The notes under the pieces: model-generated | Database searches by the model: none | What the model was told of the DNA's origin: nothing | Seen by the model: the letters and a program-made list of their open reading frames with translations, nothing else | NCBI GenBank assembly: GCA_016235455.1 | Contig: JACRKZ010000139.1 | Location: 1-33,177 of the forward strand | Source of the DNA: Armatimonadota bacterium | GTDB taxonomy: Bacteria; Armatimonadota; UBA10988 | Direction of reading: 5' to 3' | Length of the DNA stretch: 33,177 nucleotides | Program-made: the position numbers and the translations under genes | Shown: piece by piece, positions 17,699-25,639 of the stretch | How positions within the stretch are numbered: the stretch's first letter is position 1 | Layout: every line of letters starts with the position of its first letter

Positions 17699-20494
17699 AT
17701 GCGAACTGCTATCCTAACGCTCTGCCTGCTGGCCTACCGCGCCACGGCCGCGCCAGTGGTCATCTGGGCCACCGATCCCGTCGGCCCTGGTCAGACCGTC
17801 GTGGTCACCGGCGACGGCTTCGGCGCCAAGCCGACGGTCGAGTTGACGCGGCTGCCCGACGATCCGGCGGGCGAACCGAGTGGGGCCGCCGTCATGTGGC
17901 CTGCGGTGGTGGCGAAACCGGAGGCACTGCAGGCTGGCGAGACGTCCCTGAAGTTCGTCGTGCCACCCACCTCCAAGCCCGGCGTCTACGCCTACCGCAT
18001 CGCCGGCGGCGCTGCGGGCCTGCTCAATCGGCCGCGCATCCATTGGCTGCAGGGCGACAACGGCGCGCTGGCGCGGCCGGGCGGGGGCCTCGACCTGTTC
18101 GGCGTGAATCTGGGCGGCGACGGCGCGATTGTTCGCCTGTCGGGCAAGCAAACGCGCCGCCTCAAAGCCACCGCCGCGGCATGCCGGCTGACGGTGACGC
18201 TGCCCGCCGACTTGCCGCCGGGCGACTATCAGGTGCAGGCGCACAGCGGCCTGGGCGGCCCGCTGGCCTGGAGCAAGCCGGTGGCGCTGACCGTGGCCAG
18301 ACCCGAAGTGTGGCCCGCGAAGGTCTACAACCCGCGCGACATGGGCGCCGAAGGCGACGGCTCACGAGAGGACACGCTGGCCATCCAGGCCGCGCTGGAC
18401 GCCGCGGGCCAGGCCGGCGGCGGCATCGTGCTGCTGCCGCGTGGCCGCTACACGGTCAAGGGCACGCTGACCATCCCGCCGCGCACGGTGCTGCGTGGCG
18501 CGGGCGCGGCCAGCACCTGCCTGTGCTGGCCCGACACCGATGATCCACCCCGGGAGATGGTCCGCGGCACCAACCGCTTCACCGTGGAAGACCTGACCAT
18601 CTACGCCGCCAACCAGCAGCATGTGCTCGTGGCCGACACGGGCGAGAAGCCTGATGCCGGCCACGTCGCCTTCCGCCGGCTGGTCATCCGCGCCAATGCC
18701 TACCGCGGCCACCTCAAGGAGGAAGAGGTCGACCAGCGCTTCCGCGCCAGCATGAAGCTCTCCACGGGCGGCGGCGACAGCTTGCGCGCCGGTGGGCCGG
18801 ACGTGGTGGTCGAGGACTGCGACGTCATGGGCACCGGCCGCGCTGTCTACCTCAGCCGCGTGAGCGGCGGGCGGGTGACCGGCAACCGCCTGGCCAACGG
18901 CCGCTGGGGCTGGTACTGCATCTCCGGCAGCAACGGCCTGGTCATCGCCAACAACCAGATCGTCGGCGCGGACCTGATGAGCACCGGCGGCGGGCTCAAC
19001 TGCCTGGATGGCTCCAACGCCAGCGAGAACGTCTACTATGCGAACAACAGGCTGTCGATGATGCACGGCTGGGACCGTGAATCGATGACCAGTGATGCCG
19101 GCGGCGGCCCGTACATCGGGGGCATCGCCTCCGCGGACGGTGTGAAGCTGACGCTGGCCACGGCTCCCAAGTGGGACCGCGACTGGTCGGGCGCGGGCGT
19201 GTTCTTCCTCGATGGCCGAGGCGCTGGTCAGGTGCGGCGGCTGGTCAAGCACGACGGCGCGGTGATCACGCTCGATCGCGCGCTCGACGTGGCGCCCGAC
19301 GCCAAGACGGTGATCAGCATCACCCAGTATCAGGGCCATTATCTGCTGCTGAACAACGACTTCTCCGACTGCGGTGCGGTGCAGTTCTACGGCACGGCCA
19401 TCGAGAACGTGGTGGCCGGCAACCGGGGTCAGCGCATGTCGGGCTTCAGCGCCTGGGCGCTGTGGTACTACGGGTTCCAGCCTGCCTTCTACAACCTGTT
19501 CGAGGGCAACCGGCTGAGCGAAGCCTACTACCACTGGACCAGCGCGGCGCCCAGCGCCATGGGCGTGGCCGGCCACCGACACGAGGGTTACGCCGGGCCC
19601 ATGAACCGCGGCTGCATCGTGCGCGACAACACGCTGGCGCACAACGCCATGGTCCGCGTGAGCGGCGCCGTGACGGACTGCGTGGTGGAGCGCAACGCCA
19701 TCAGCGACTCCGACGAAGGCATCTTCGTGGCCAACGAGGCGACCGGCGTGCTGTGCCGCGAGAACCGCTTCGACAATGTCTTGCGCCCGACCATGGACGA
19801 GCCCGCCGAGCGCGCGCTGAGGGCTGAGCGGCTCAAGCGCTACATCGGCGCCAAGGACCCGCTGCTGAAGCTGGACTTCGACACGCTTGACGGCAAGGTC
19901 TACCGCGACGGCTCGACCAACCACTTCGACGCTCTGCTGGTGGGCGGCGTGAAGCCCGAGCCCGAGGGCCTGCGCGGACCGGGCGTGCGCTTCGACGGCA
20001 CCGGCTACCTGCGTGTCGACGAGACAGCGGCCTTCAACGTGCCCGACGTGACGCTCAGCCTGTGGGTCAAACCCGACGTGGTCAGTGGTCGGCGCGGGCT
20101 CATCTCCAAGCGCTTGCCCGGCGGCGGCTGCCCGTTCGTGCTGGCTCAGATGGGCGCCAGCGTCACCTTTGAAGCGGCCGACGAGGCCGGCGGCTGGCCG
20201 TTCAACTTCGGCGGGCCGGCGGTGCTCAAGGTCGGCGATTGGACGCACATCGCCGCGGTGGTCAAGGCCGACACGGGCATCACGCTCTATGCCGGTGGCG
20301 TCAAGGTGGCCGAGAAGGCCATTGCCAAGCCGCGTGTGCCCAACGGCGATCCGCTGATCATCGGCCGCGAAGGCTGGGGCGGCGATCCACCCAAGGGCGA
20401 CACGCCGGGCTTCTACCTCGGCGCGCTCGACGAGATCACCGTCTGGGGCCGGGCACTGAGCGCCGAGGAGGTCGCGGCGCTGGCCAAGCGGTGA
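17699..20494 (+). CDS. Secreted right-handed beta-helix (pectate lyase 3-like) protein with N-terminal Ig-like and C-terminal LamG-like domains
   Basis: Signal peptide MRTAILTLCLLAYRATA. NPRDMGAEGDGSREDTLAIQAALD and LPRGRY glycosidase N-cap. Asn-ladder repeats. LamG hallmarks TLSLWVKP, WTHIAAV, GALDEITVWGRALSAEEV. Confidence 0.85.
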   Translation: MRTAILTLCLLAYRATAAPVVIWATDPVGPGQTVVVTGDGFGAKPTVELTRLPDDPAGEPSGAAVMWPAVVAKPEALQAGETSLKFVVPPTSKPGVYAYRIAGGAAGLLNRPRIHWLQGDNGALARPGGGLDLFGVNLGGDGAIVRLSGKQTRRLKATAAACRLTVTLPADLPPGDYQVQAHSGLGGPLAWSKPVALTVARPEVWPAKVYNPRDMGAEGDGSREDTLAIQAALDAAGQAGGGIVLLPRGRYTVKGTLTIPPRTVLRGAGAASTCLCWPDTDDPPREMVRGTNRFTVEDLTIYAANQQHVLVADTGEKPDAGHVAFRRLVIRANAYRGHLKEEEVDQRFRASMKLSTGGGDSLRAGGPDVVVEDCDVMGTGRAVYLSRVSGGRVTGNRLANGRWGWYCISGSNGLVIANNQIVGADLMSTGGGLNCLDGSNASENVYYANNRLSMMHGWDRESMTSDAGGGPYIGGIASADGVKLTLATAPKWDRDWSGAGVFFLDGRGAGQVRRLVKHDGAVITLDRALDVAPDAKTVISITQYQGHYLLLNNDFSDCGAVQFYGTAIENVVAGNRGQRMSGFSAWALWYYGFQPAFYNLFEGNRLSEAYYHWTSAAPSAMGVAGHRHEGYAGPMNRGCIVRDNTLAHNAMVRVSGAVTDCVVERNAISDSDEGIFVANEATGVLCRENRFDNVLRPTMDEPAERALRAERLKRYIGAKDPLLKLDFDTLDGKVYRDGSTNHFDALLVGGVKPEPEGLRGPGVRFDGTGYLRVDETAAFNVPDVTLSLWVKPDVVSGRRGLISKRLPGGGCPFVLAQMGASVTFEAADEAGGWPFNFGGPAVLKVGDWTHIAAVVKADTGITLYAGGVKVAEKAIAKPRVPNGDPLIIGREGWGGDPPKGDTPGFYLGALDEITVWGRALSAEEVAALAKR

Positions 20495-20611
20495 GGGTCG
20501 CTACGCGCGCCATAGGTCGGTTGACGGGAGACGCAGGTGACGACGGTCCGACGCCGCCCGCTGCTCCCCACGTCCTGCGTGCCGCCGCCCACGTCCCGCA
20601 ACGCGATCCAG

Positions 20612-20620
20612 TGCTATCAT
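20612..20620 (+). promoter_or_regulatory. Extended -10 promoter implying a leaderless mutS2 mRNA
   Basis: TGcTATCAT located 7 nt before ATG 20628. No SD present. Confidence 0.55.
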
Positions 20621-20627
20621 GCCTACC

Positions 20628-22964
20628 ATGGACCGCCACGCGCTGGATGTGCTCGAGTTCGCCAAGATCCGCGATCTACTGGCCCAGGGCGCCGCCTCGG
20701 CGCTGGGCCTCGAAGCCGCGGCGGCGTTGGCGCCGCTCGACGATGTGCCGCGCATCCGCATCTGGCGGCAGCGCACCAGCGAGGCGCGCGCCATCCTCGA
20801 TCTGGGCGACGATATCCCGCTGGCCGGACTGCACGATGTACGGGCGAAGCTGCGCCAGGCGGCCATTGGCGGCGTGCTCGACCCGACCGGTCTGCGCGAG
20901 GTGGCCGACACGCTGCGCTGCGCGGCCAACGTGCGCCGCTGCCTGCGCGAGCGGCCCGAACTCGAGAACCTCCACGACCTCGCCGCACAGCTGGTCGAAT
21001 TGCCGCACCTGGTCAGCGATATCGAGCGGTGCATCGGCGATGACGGCGAAGTTCTGGACTCGGCCTCGCCCGAGCTGCGCCGGCTGCGCCAGAGCCTGCG
21101 CACGCTGAGCAGCCGCGTGCAGGCCACGGTGAGATCGGTGATGAGCCGGCTGGCCGCCGACCAGGCGCTGCAGGACTCTGTGGTCACGTTGCGTGGCGGG
21201 CGCTACTGCGTGCCCGTCAAGACCACGCACCAGGGCCGTGTCGAGGGCATCGTCCACGACCGCAGCAGCACCGGCGCCACGGTGTTTGTCGAGCCGGCCG
21301 AGGTGGTGCGGCTCAACAACGAGCTGCGCGAGGCCGAACTGGCCGAACGCGAGGAGGTCAACCGCATCCTCCGCGCGCTGAGCGCCATGGTGGCCGAGGA
21401 CTCCGAGTTGCTCGAGAGCAATCTGCGGCTGTTGACCATCTTCGATGAGTCGCGCATGAGGGGCCGCTTCTCGCTGCGGCTGGAGGCCACTGCGCCCGAA
21501 CTCGACGAGAACGGTGTGTGGGAGTTGCGCGGTGCGCGGCATCCGCTGCTGGCCTCGATGCCCGGCGTCAAGGTCGTGGCCAACGACATCCGCATCGGCG
21601 ACGACTTCCGCACGCTGCTGGTCACCGGCCCCAACACCGGTGGCAAGACCGTGGCGCTCAAGACGCTCGGCCTGCTGACCATGATGGCTCACTGCGGCCT
21701 GCATATCCCCGCCGACGAGGGCAGCCGCGTGGCGCTGTGCCCCGACGTGTTCGCCGATATCGGCGACGAGCAGAGCCTGGAGCAGAGCCTCAGCACCTTT
21801 GGCTCGCATCTCAAGCAGATCGTCTGGATCCTGGCCCAAGCCCAACCCGGCAGCCTGGTGCTGCTCGACGAAGTGGGCGCCGGCACCGACCCGGTGGAGG
21901 GCGCCGCGCTGGCCCAGGCCATCCTGACGGCGCTGCATGAGCGCGGCTGCCGCGTCGTGGCGACCACGCACCATGGTTCTCTCAAAGCCTTTGCCTACGC
22001 CACCGCCGGTATTGAGAATGGGTCGGTGGAGTTCGACCGCCGCACGCTGCGGCCGACCTATCGCCTGTTGACCGGCATCCCCGGCGCCAGCCACGCTTTC
22101 GAGATCGCCTCGGGCCTGGGCTTGAGCGACGAGGTACTGGCCCACGCCCGCGACCTGCTGCCCGGTGGGCATGTCGAGGCGGCCGACCTGATCACCGAGA
22201 TGCAGAACACCCAGCAGCGCCTGGCCGCGGAGTTGCGCAGCCAGGAGCACGAGGCGGCCGGCGTCAGCCACCAGAGGCGCGAGCTGGAGCGGGAGCGCCA
22301 GCGGCTCCGCGATCTGGAACAGGAGATCCGCGCCGAGGCCGAGCGCGAGGCGCGCACCAAGCTGGCCGAAGTCGACAAGGAAGCCAGCCGCATCCTCAGC
22401 GAGCTACGCAAGGCGGACCGTGAGGGCACCCAGACCGAGGCCGCGCGCCAGCGGCTGCGCAAGCTCGATACGCGGGTCGGCAGCCGGCCCGCGAGCCCGG
22501 CCGTGGCGCACCGACCGCCGCCCACGGTGGCCGCCGAGGACACCGTGCTGGTGGTGCGCCTGGGCAAGACCGGCCGGGTGGTCACCGTCAACGGCAGCAA
22601 GGTACAGGTGCAGGTCGGCGCCATGCGCATGAACCTGGAAGTGGCCGACCTGGAGCTGGTGGAACGCGGTCGAGCGGAGCCCCAAGCGGCGCCGCCGCGG
22701 CGCGGGTCGTCGGCGGGCTGGGATGCCGCGCTCGAACTGCATGTGCGCGGCGAGACGGTCGACGAGGCCATGGTCAAGGTGGAGCGCTTCCTCGACCAGG
22801 CCCTGCTGGCCAACATGCCCGAGGCGCGCATCGTCCACGGCAAGGGCACCGGCACACTCAAGCGCGCGGTGTGGGACTATCTGAAGGCCCATCCCTACGT
22901 GGTATCGTACGGGCACCCGCCCGAGAACATGGGCGGCACCGGTGTGACGGTCGCCAAGTTGTGA
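20628..22964 (+). CDS. mutS2: MutS2 (RqcU-type) ATPase with KOW and Smr domains
   Basis: Typical N-terminus MDRHALDVLEFAKI, GIVHDRSSTGATVFVEP, Walker A GPNTGGKT, DIGDEQS, LLDEVGAGTDP, Smr IVHGKGTG. Alternative start at 20619. Confidence 0.95.
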   Translation: MDRHALDVLEFAKIRDLLAQGAASALGLEAAAALAPLDDVPRIRIWRQRTSEARAILDLGDDIPLAGLHDVRAKLRQAAIGGVLDPTGLREVADTLRCAANVRRCLRERPELENLHDLAAQLVELPHLVSDIERCIGDDGEVLDSASPELRRLRQSLRTLSSRVQATVRSVMSRLAADQALQDSVVTLRGGRYCVPVKTTHQGRVEGIVHDRSSTGATVFVEPAEVVRLNNELREAELAEREEVNRILRALSAMVAEDSELLESNLRLLTIFDESRMRGRFSLRLEATAPELDENGVWELRGARHPLLASMPGVKVVANDIRIGDDFRTLLVTGPNTGGKTVALKTLGLLTMMAHCGLHIPADEGSRVALCPDVFADIGDEQSLEQSLSTFGSHLKQIVWILAQAQPGSLVLLDEVGAGTDPVEGAALAQAILTALHERGCRVVATTHHGSLKAFAYATAGIENGSVEFDRRTLRPTYRLLTGIPGASHAFEIASGLGLSDEVLAHARDLLPGGHVEAADLITEMQNTQQRLAAELRSQEHEAAGVSHQRRELERERQRLRDLEQEIRAEAEREARTKLAEVDKEASRILSELRKADREGTQTEAARQRLRKLDTRVGSRPASPAVAHRPPPTVAAEDTVLVVRLGKTGRVVTVNGSKVQVQVGAMRMNLEVADLELVERGRAEPQAAPPRRGSSAGWDAALELHVRGETVDEAMVKVERFLDQALLANMPEARIVHGKGTGTLKRAVWDYLKAHPYVVSYGHPPENMGGTGVTVAKL

Positions 22965-23042
22965 TGATCGCAGCGCAGCCGAGGTCCGCGTGGTCTGACT
23001 TGTCCGACCTGCCGGGCGGCTGGCAGGAGCGGACTCGAGACG

Positions 23043-23951
23043 ATGGATCTGTCAGTCGACATCGCCGGCCTGAAGCTGGCCAACCCCGTGATGACGGCCT
23101 CGGGCACCTTCGGCTACGGCCCGGAGTACGCACCGTACCTGGACCTGACCAACCTGGGTGCCGTGGTGGTCAAGGGCATCACCCTGGAGCCCCGCACCGG
23201 CAACCCGCCGCCGCGCACCGTGGAGACGCCGTCGGGCATGCTCAACGCCATCGGCTTGCAGAATCCGGGCGCACAAGCTTTTCTCGATGAGAAGCTGCCG
23301 TACCTCAAGCCGCTCGGCGTGCCCGTCATCGTCAACCTCAACGCCTCGGTCATTGAGGACTACGGTACGCTGGCGGCGATGATGGACTCCGCCGAGGGCG
23401 TGTCGGCCATCGAGGTCAACATCTCCTGCCCCAATGTCAAGCACGGCGGCATGGCCTTCAGCGCCGACCCCGAGCTGGCCGCGGCGGTGACGCGCATCGT
23501 GCGCGACAACACCCGCAAGCCGGTCATCGTCAAGCTCTCACCGAATGTGACCAGCATCGCGACGCTGGCTCGGGCCGTGGCCGACGGCGGGGCGGACGCG
23601 CTGAGCGTGATCAACACCCTGGTCGGCATCGTCATCGACGTTGAGCGACGGCGGCCGGTGCTGACCAACGTCACCGGCGGCTTGAGCGGCCCGGCGGTGC
23701 GGCCGGTAGCCGTGCGCTGCACGTGGGAAGTGTTCCGCGCGGTGAAGCTGCCGATCATCGGCATGGGCGGCATCACCTGCGGCCGCGACGCGCTGGAGTT
23801 CATCCTGGCAGGCGCCAGAGCGGTGGCCGTGGGCACGCAGACGTTCGTCGACCCAAGCGCGGCCCAGAAGGTGATCCGCGAGCTTGGCGAATACTGCGAG
23901 CGACACGGCGTGGCTCGTGTGGCAGACTTGGTGGGTCAGGCCCACGGATAG
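23043..23951 (+). CDS. pyrD: Dihydroorotate dehydrogenase class 1 (1B-type catalytic subunit)
   Basis: NPVMTASGTFG, MLNAIGLQNPG, NISCPN catalytic Cys, VKLSPN, INTL, GGLSG. Confidence 0.95.
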   Translation: MDLSVDIAGLKLANPVMTASGTFGYGPEYAPYLDLTNLGAVVVKGITLEPRTGNPPPRTVETPSGMLNAIGLQNPGAQAFLDEKLPYLKPLGVPVIVNLNASVIEDYGTLAAMMDSAEGVSAIEVNISCPNVKHGGMAFSADPELAAAVTRIVRDNTRKPVIVKLSPNVTSIATLARAVADGGADALSVINTLVGIVIDVERRRPVLTNVTGGLSGPAVRPVAVRCTWEVFRAVKLPIIGMGGITCGRDALEFILAGARAVAVGTQTFVDPSAAQKVIRELGEYCERHGVARVADLVGQAHG

Positions 23952-23960
23952 GAGCAGCCC

Positions 23961-24665
23961 TTGGCGCCGCGAGAACGCATCATCATCCCCCTCGACATGC
24001 CCGATCTGGCGCGCGCGCGCGCCATGGCCACCGCCCTGGCGCCGCACGTGGGCGCGATGAAGGTGGGCCTCGAGCTGTTCAACGCCGCCGGCCTGCCCGC
24101 GCTCTCTGAGTTGGTGGCCACGGGTGCCCGGGTCTTCTACGACGCCAAGCTCCACGACATACCCAACACCGTGGCCGGCGCCGTGCGGGCGGTGACCGCG
24201 GCGGTGCCTGGCCTGTGGATGATCAACGTGCACACCACCGGCGGCTCGGCCATGATGGCCGCCGCGGTGGAAGCCGCCAAAGGTGCGGAGCACTCGCCAC
24301 TGGTCATCGGTGTGACCGTGCTGACCAGCCTGGATGCTCAGCAGTTGCGCGACGAGTTGAGCGTGAGCTGCACGCCGGCCGAGCAGGTGGTGCGCCTGGC
24401 TGAGCTGGCCCAGCGCTGCGGTCTTGACGGCGTGGTGGCCTCGCCACTGGAGGCGGCGGCCATCAGGGCGGCTTGCGGGCCGGACTTCCTCATTGTCACC
24501 CCAGGCGTGCGGCCCGCGGGCAGCGACATGGGCGACCAGCGGCGCGCCACCACGCCGCGGCAGGCGGTGGACAACGGTTCGGACTACCTGGTCATTGGCC
24601 GGCCCATCACCGGCGCGGCCGACCCGGTTGCGGCGGCGCGCGCCATTGCCGAGGAGCTGGCCTGA
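23961..24665 (+). CDS. pyrF: Orotidine-5'-phosphate decarboxylase
   Basis: KVGLEL, DAKLHDIPNTV, VTVLTS, VTPGVRP, DQRR, VIGRPI. TTG start with AGGAG SD. Confidence 0.95.
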   Translation: MAPRERIIIPLDMPDLARARAMATALAPHVGAMKVGLELFNAAGLPALSELVATGARVFYDAKLHDIPNTVAGAVRAVTAAVPGLWMINVHTTGGSAMMAAAVEAAKGAEHSPLVIGVTVLTSLDAQQLRDELSVSCTPAEQVVRLAELAQRCGLDGVVASPLEAAAIRAACGPDFLIVTPGVRPAGSDMGDQRRATTPRQAVDNGSDYLVIGRPITGAADPVAAARAIAEELA

Positions 24666-24970
24666 TGCCCGATGAACTGCCGCCCGGGCAGGTGGTCGAG
24701 GTCGAGTACCTGCGCGAGGGCAAGGCCAACGAGCGCGGGCTGGTGCCGGCGCCGCTGGACTACGACGCGCGCGGGTTCGAGTTGGTGGTCATGTTCGTGC
24801 CCGACAGCCTGGGCTTTGGCGACCCGTTCAGAGTGGAATGGCAGCGCAAGTGGGTCAACCTGGCCGCGGTGGCAGAGGTACGGTATCTCGAGCGGGCCGT
24901 GCTCGAGGCGGAGTTGGAGCGCATGAGCGGGGTGCACGAGTTGGTGCGCGGTCGCATGGCTGGCCGGTGA
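24665..24970 (+). CDS. Small hypothetical protein (101 aa)
   Basis: ATG overlaps the pyrF stop (TGATG). Host-like codon use. Fills the gap to the HAD gene. Confidence 0.7.
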   Translation: MPDELPPGQVVEVEYLREGKANERGLVPAPLDYDARGFELVVMFVPDSLGFGDPFRVEWQRKWVNLAAVAEVRYLERAVLEAELERMSGVHELVRGRMAGR

Positions 24971-24986
24971 AGGATGAGCTGACGCG

Positions 24987-25637
24987 ATGATCAAGGCGGT
25001 GCTCTTCGACTTCGACCATACGCTGGTATCGACGCCCATCGACTTTGGGCTCATGCGCCGCAGCGTCGTGCAGCTCTGTGGGTCGTTCGGGGTGACCGTG
25101 CCCGAGCCGGATACCAAGCTGGTGCTGGAGATCGTCGACGAGGCCGTGGCACAGCTCGACCCGGTGGTTGGCGCGCGGCTGCGCGGCATGGCCGACAACT
25201 GCATTCGCGAGGTGGAACGCGGCGCCGCGCGCGGCGTGCTGCCCATCGCCGGTGTGGCCGAGGCGCTGGACCGCCTGCGGGCCGAAGGCCGGCTGGTGGC
25301 CATCATCACGCGCAACTGCCGCGAGGTGGTGCTCGCGGCGCTGCGACGCGTGCCGCTGGCCTATGACCTGCTGCTCACCCGCGACGATGTGGACAAGGTC
25401 AAACCCGATCCGGCGCACGCCTTGGCCGCCCTGGCCGCACTCGACACCGACCGCGCGCACGCGCTGCTGGTGGGCGACTTTCGGGCCGACATTGCCTGCG
25501 CCACCCGCGCTGGACTGCCCGGTCTCGGCGTGACCACCGGTGCCTCGACCGCTGAGGAGCTCTTTGAGGCCGGCGCCGTGGACGTGTTGACCAGTGCGGC
25601 CGGCGTGCCCGATTGGCTGGCGGCCAGGGAGTGGTAG
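24987..25637 (+). CDS. HAD-family hydrolase (phosphoglycolate phosphatase-like)
   Basis: Motif I LFDFDHT, motif II ITRN, motif III KPDP, motif IV VGDFRAD. Confidence 0.9.
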   Translation: MIKAVLFDFDHTLVSTPIDFGLMRRSVVQLCGSFGVTVPEPDTKLVLEIVDEAVAQLDPVVGARLRGMADNCIREVERGAARGVLPIAGVAEALDRLRAEGRLVAIITRNCREVVLAALRRVPLAYDLLLTRDDVDKVKPDPAHALAALAALDTDRAHALLVGDFRADIACATRAGLPGLGVTTGASTAEELFEAGAVDVLTSAAGVPDWLAAREW

Positions 25638-25639
25638 TC

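Noticed and set aside
16979-20494. 1171-aa ORF appearing to fuse a transposase C-terminus to a beta-helix/LamG protein
   Set aside because: Chance open frame through the IS end and the repeat. The real gene has its own signal peptide starting at 17699.
20495-20610. Weak stem (ACGCAGG/CCTGCGT) and a repeated CCCACGTCC upstream of mutS2
   Set aside because: Short, GC-rich and without supporting features. Within chance expectation.
22965-23042. PyrR attenuator upstream of pyrD
   Set aside because: No PyrR-binding loop consensus and no U-tailed terminator.
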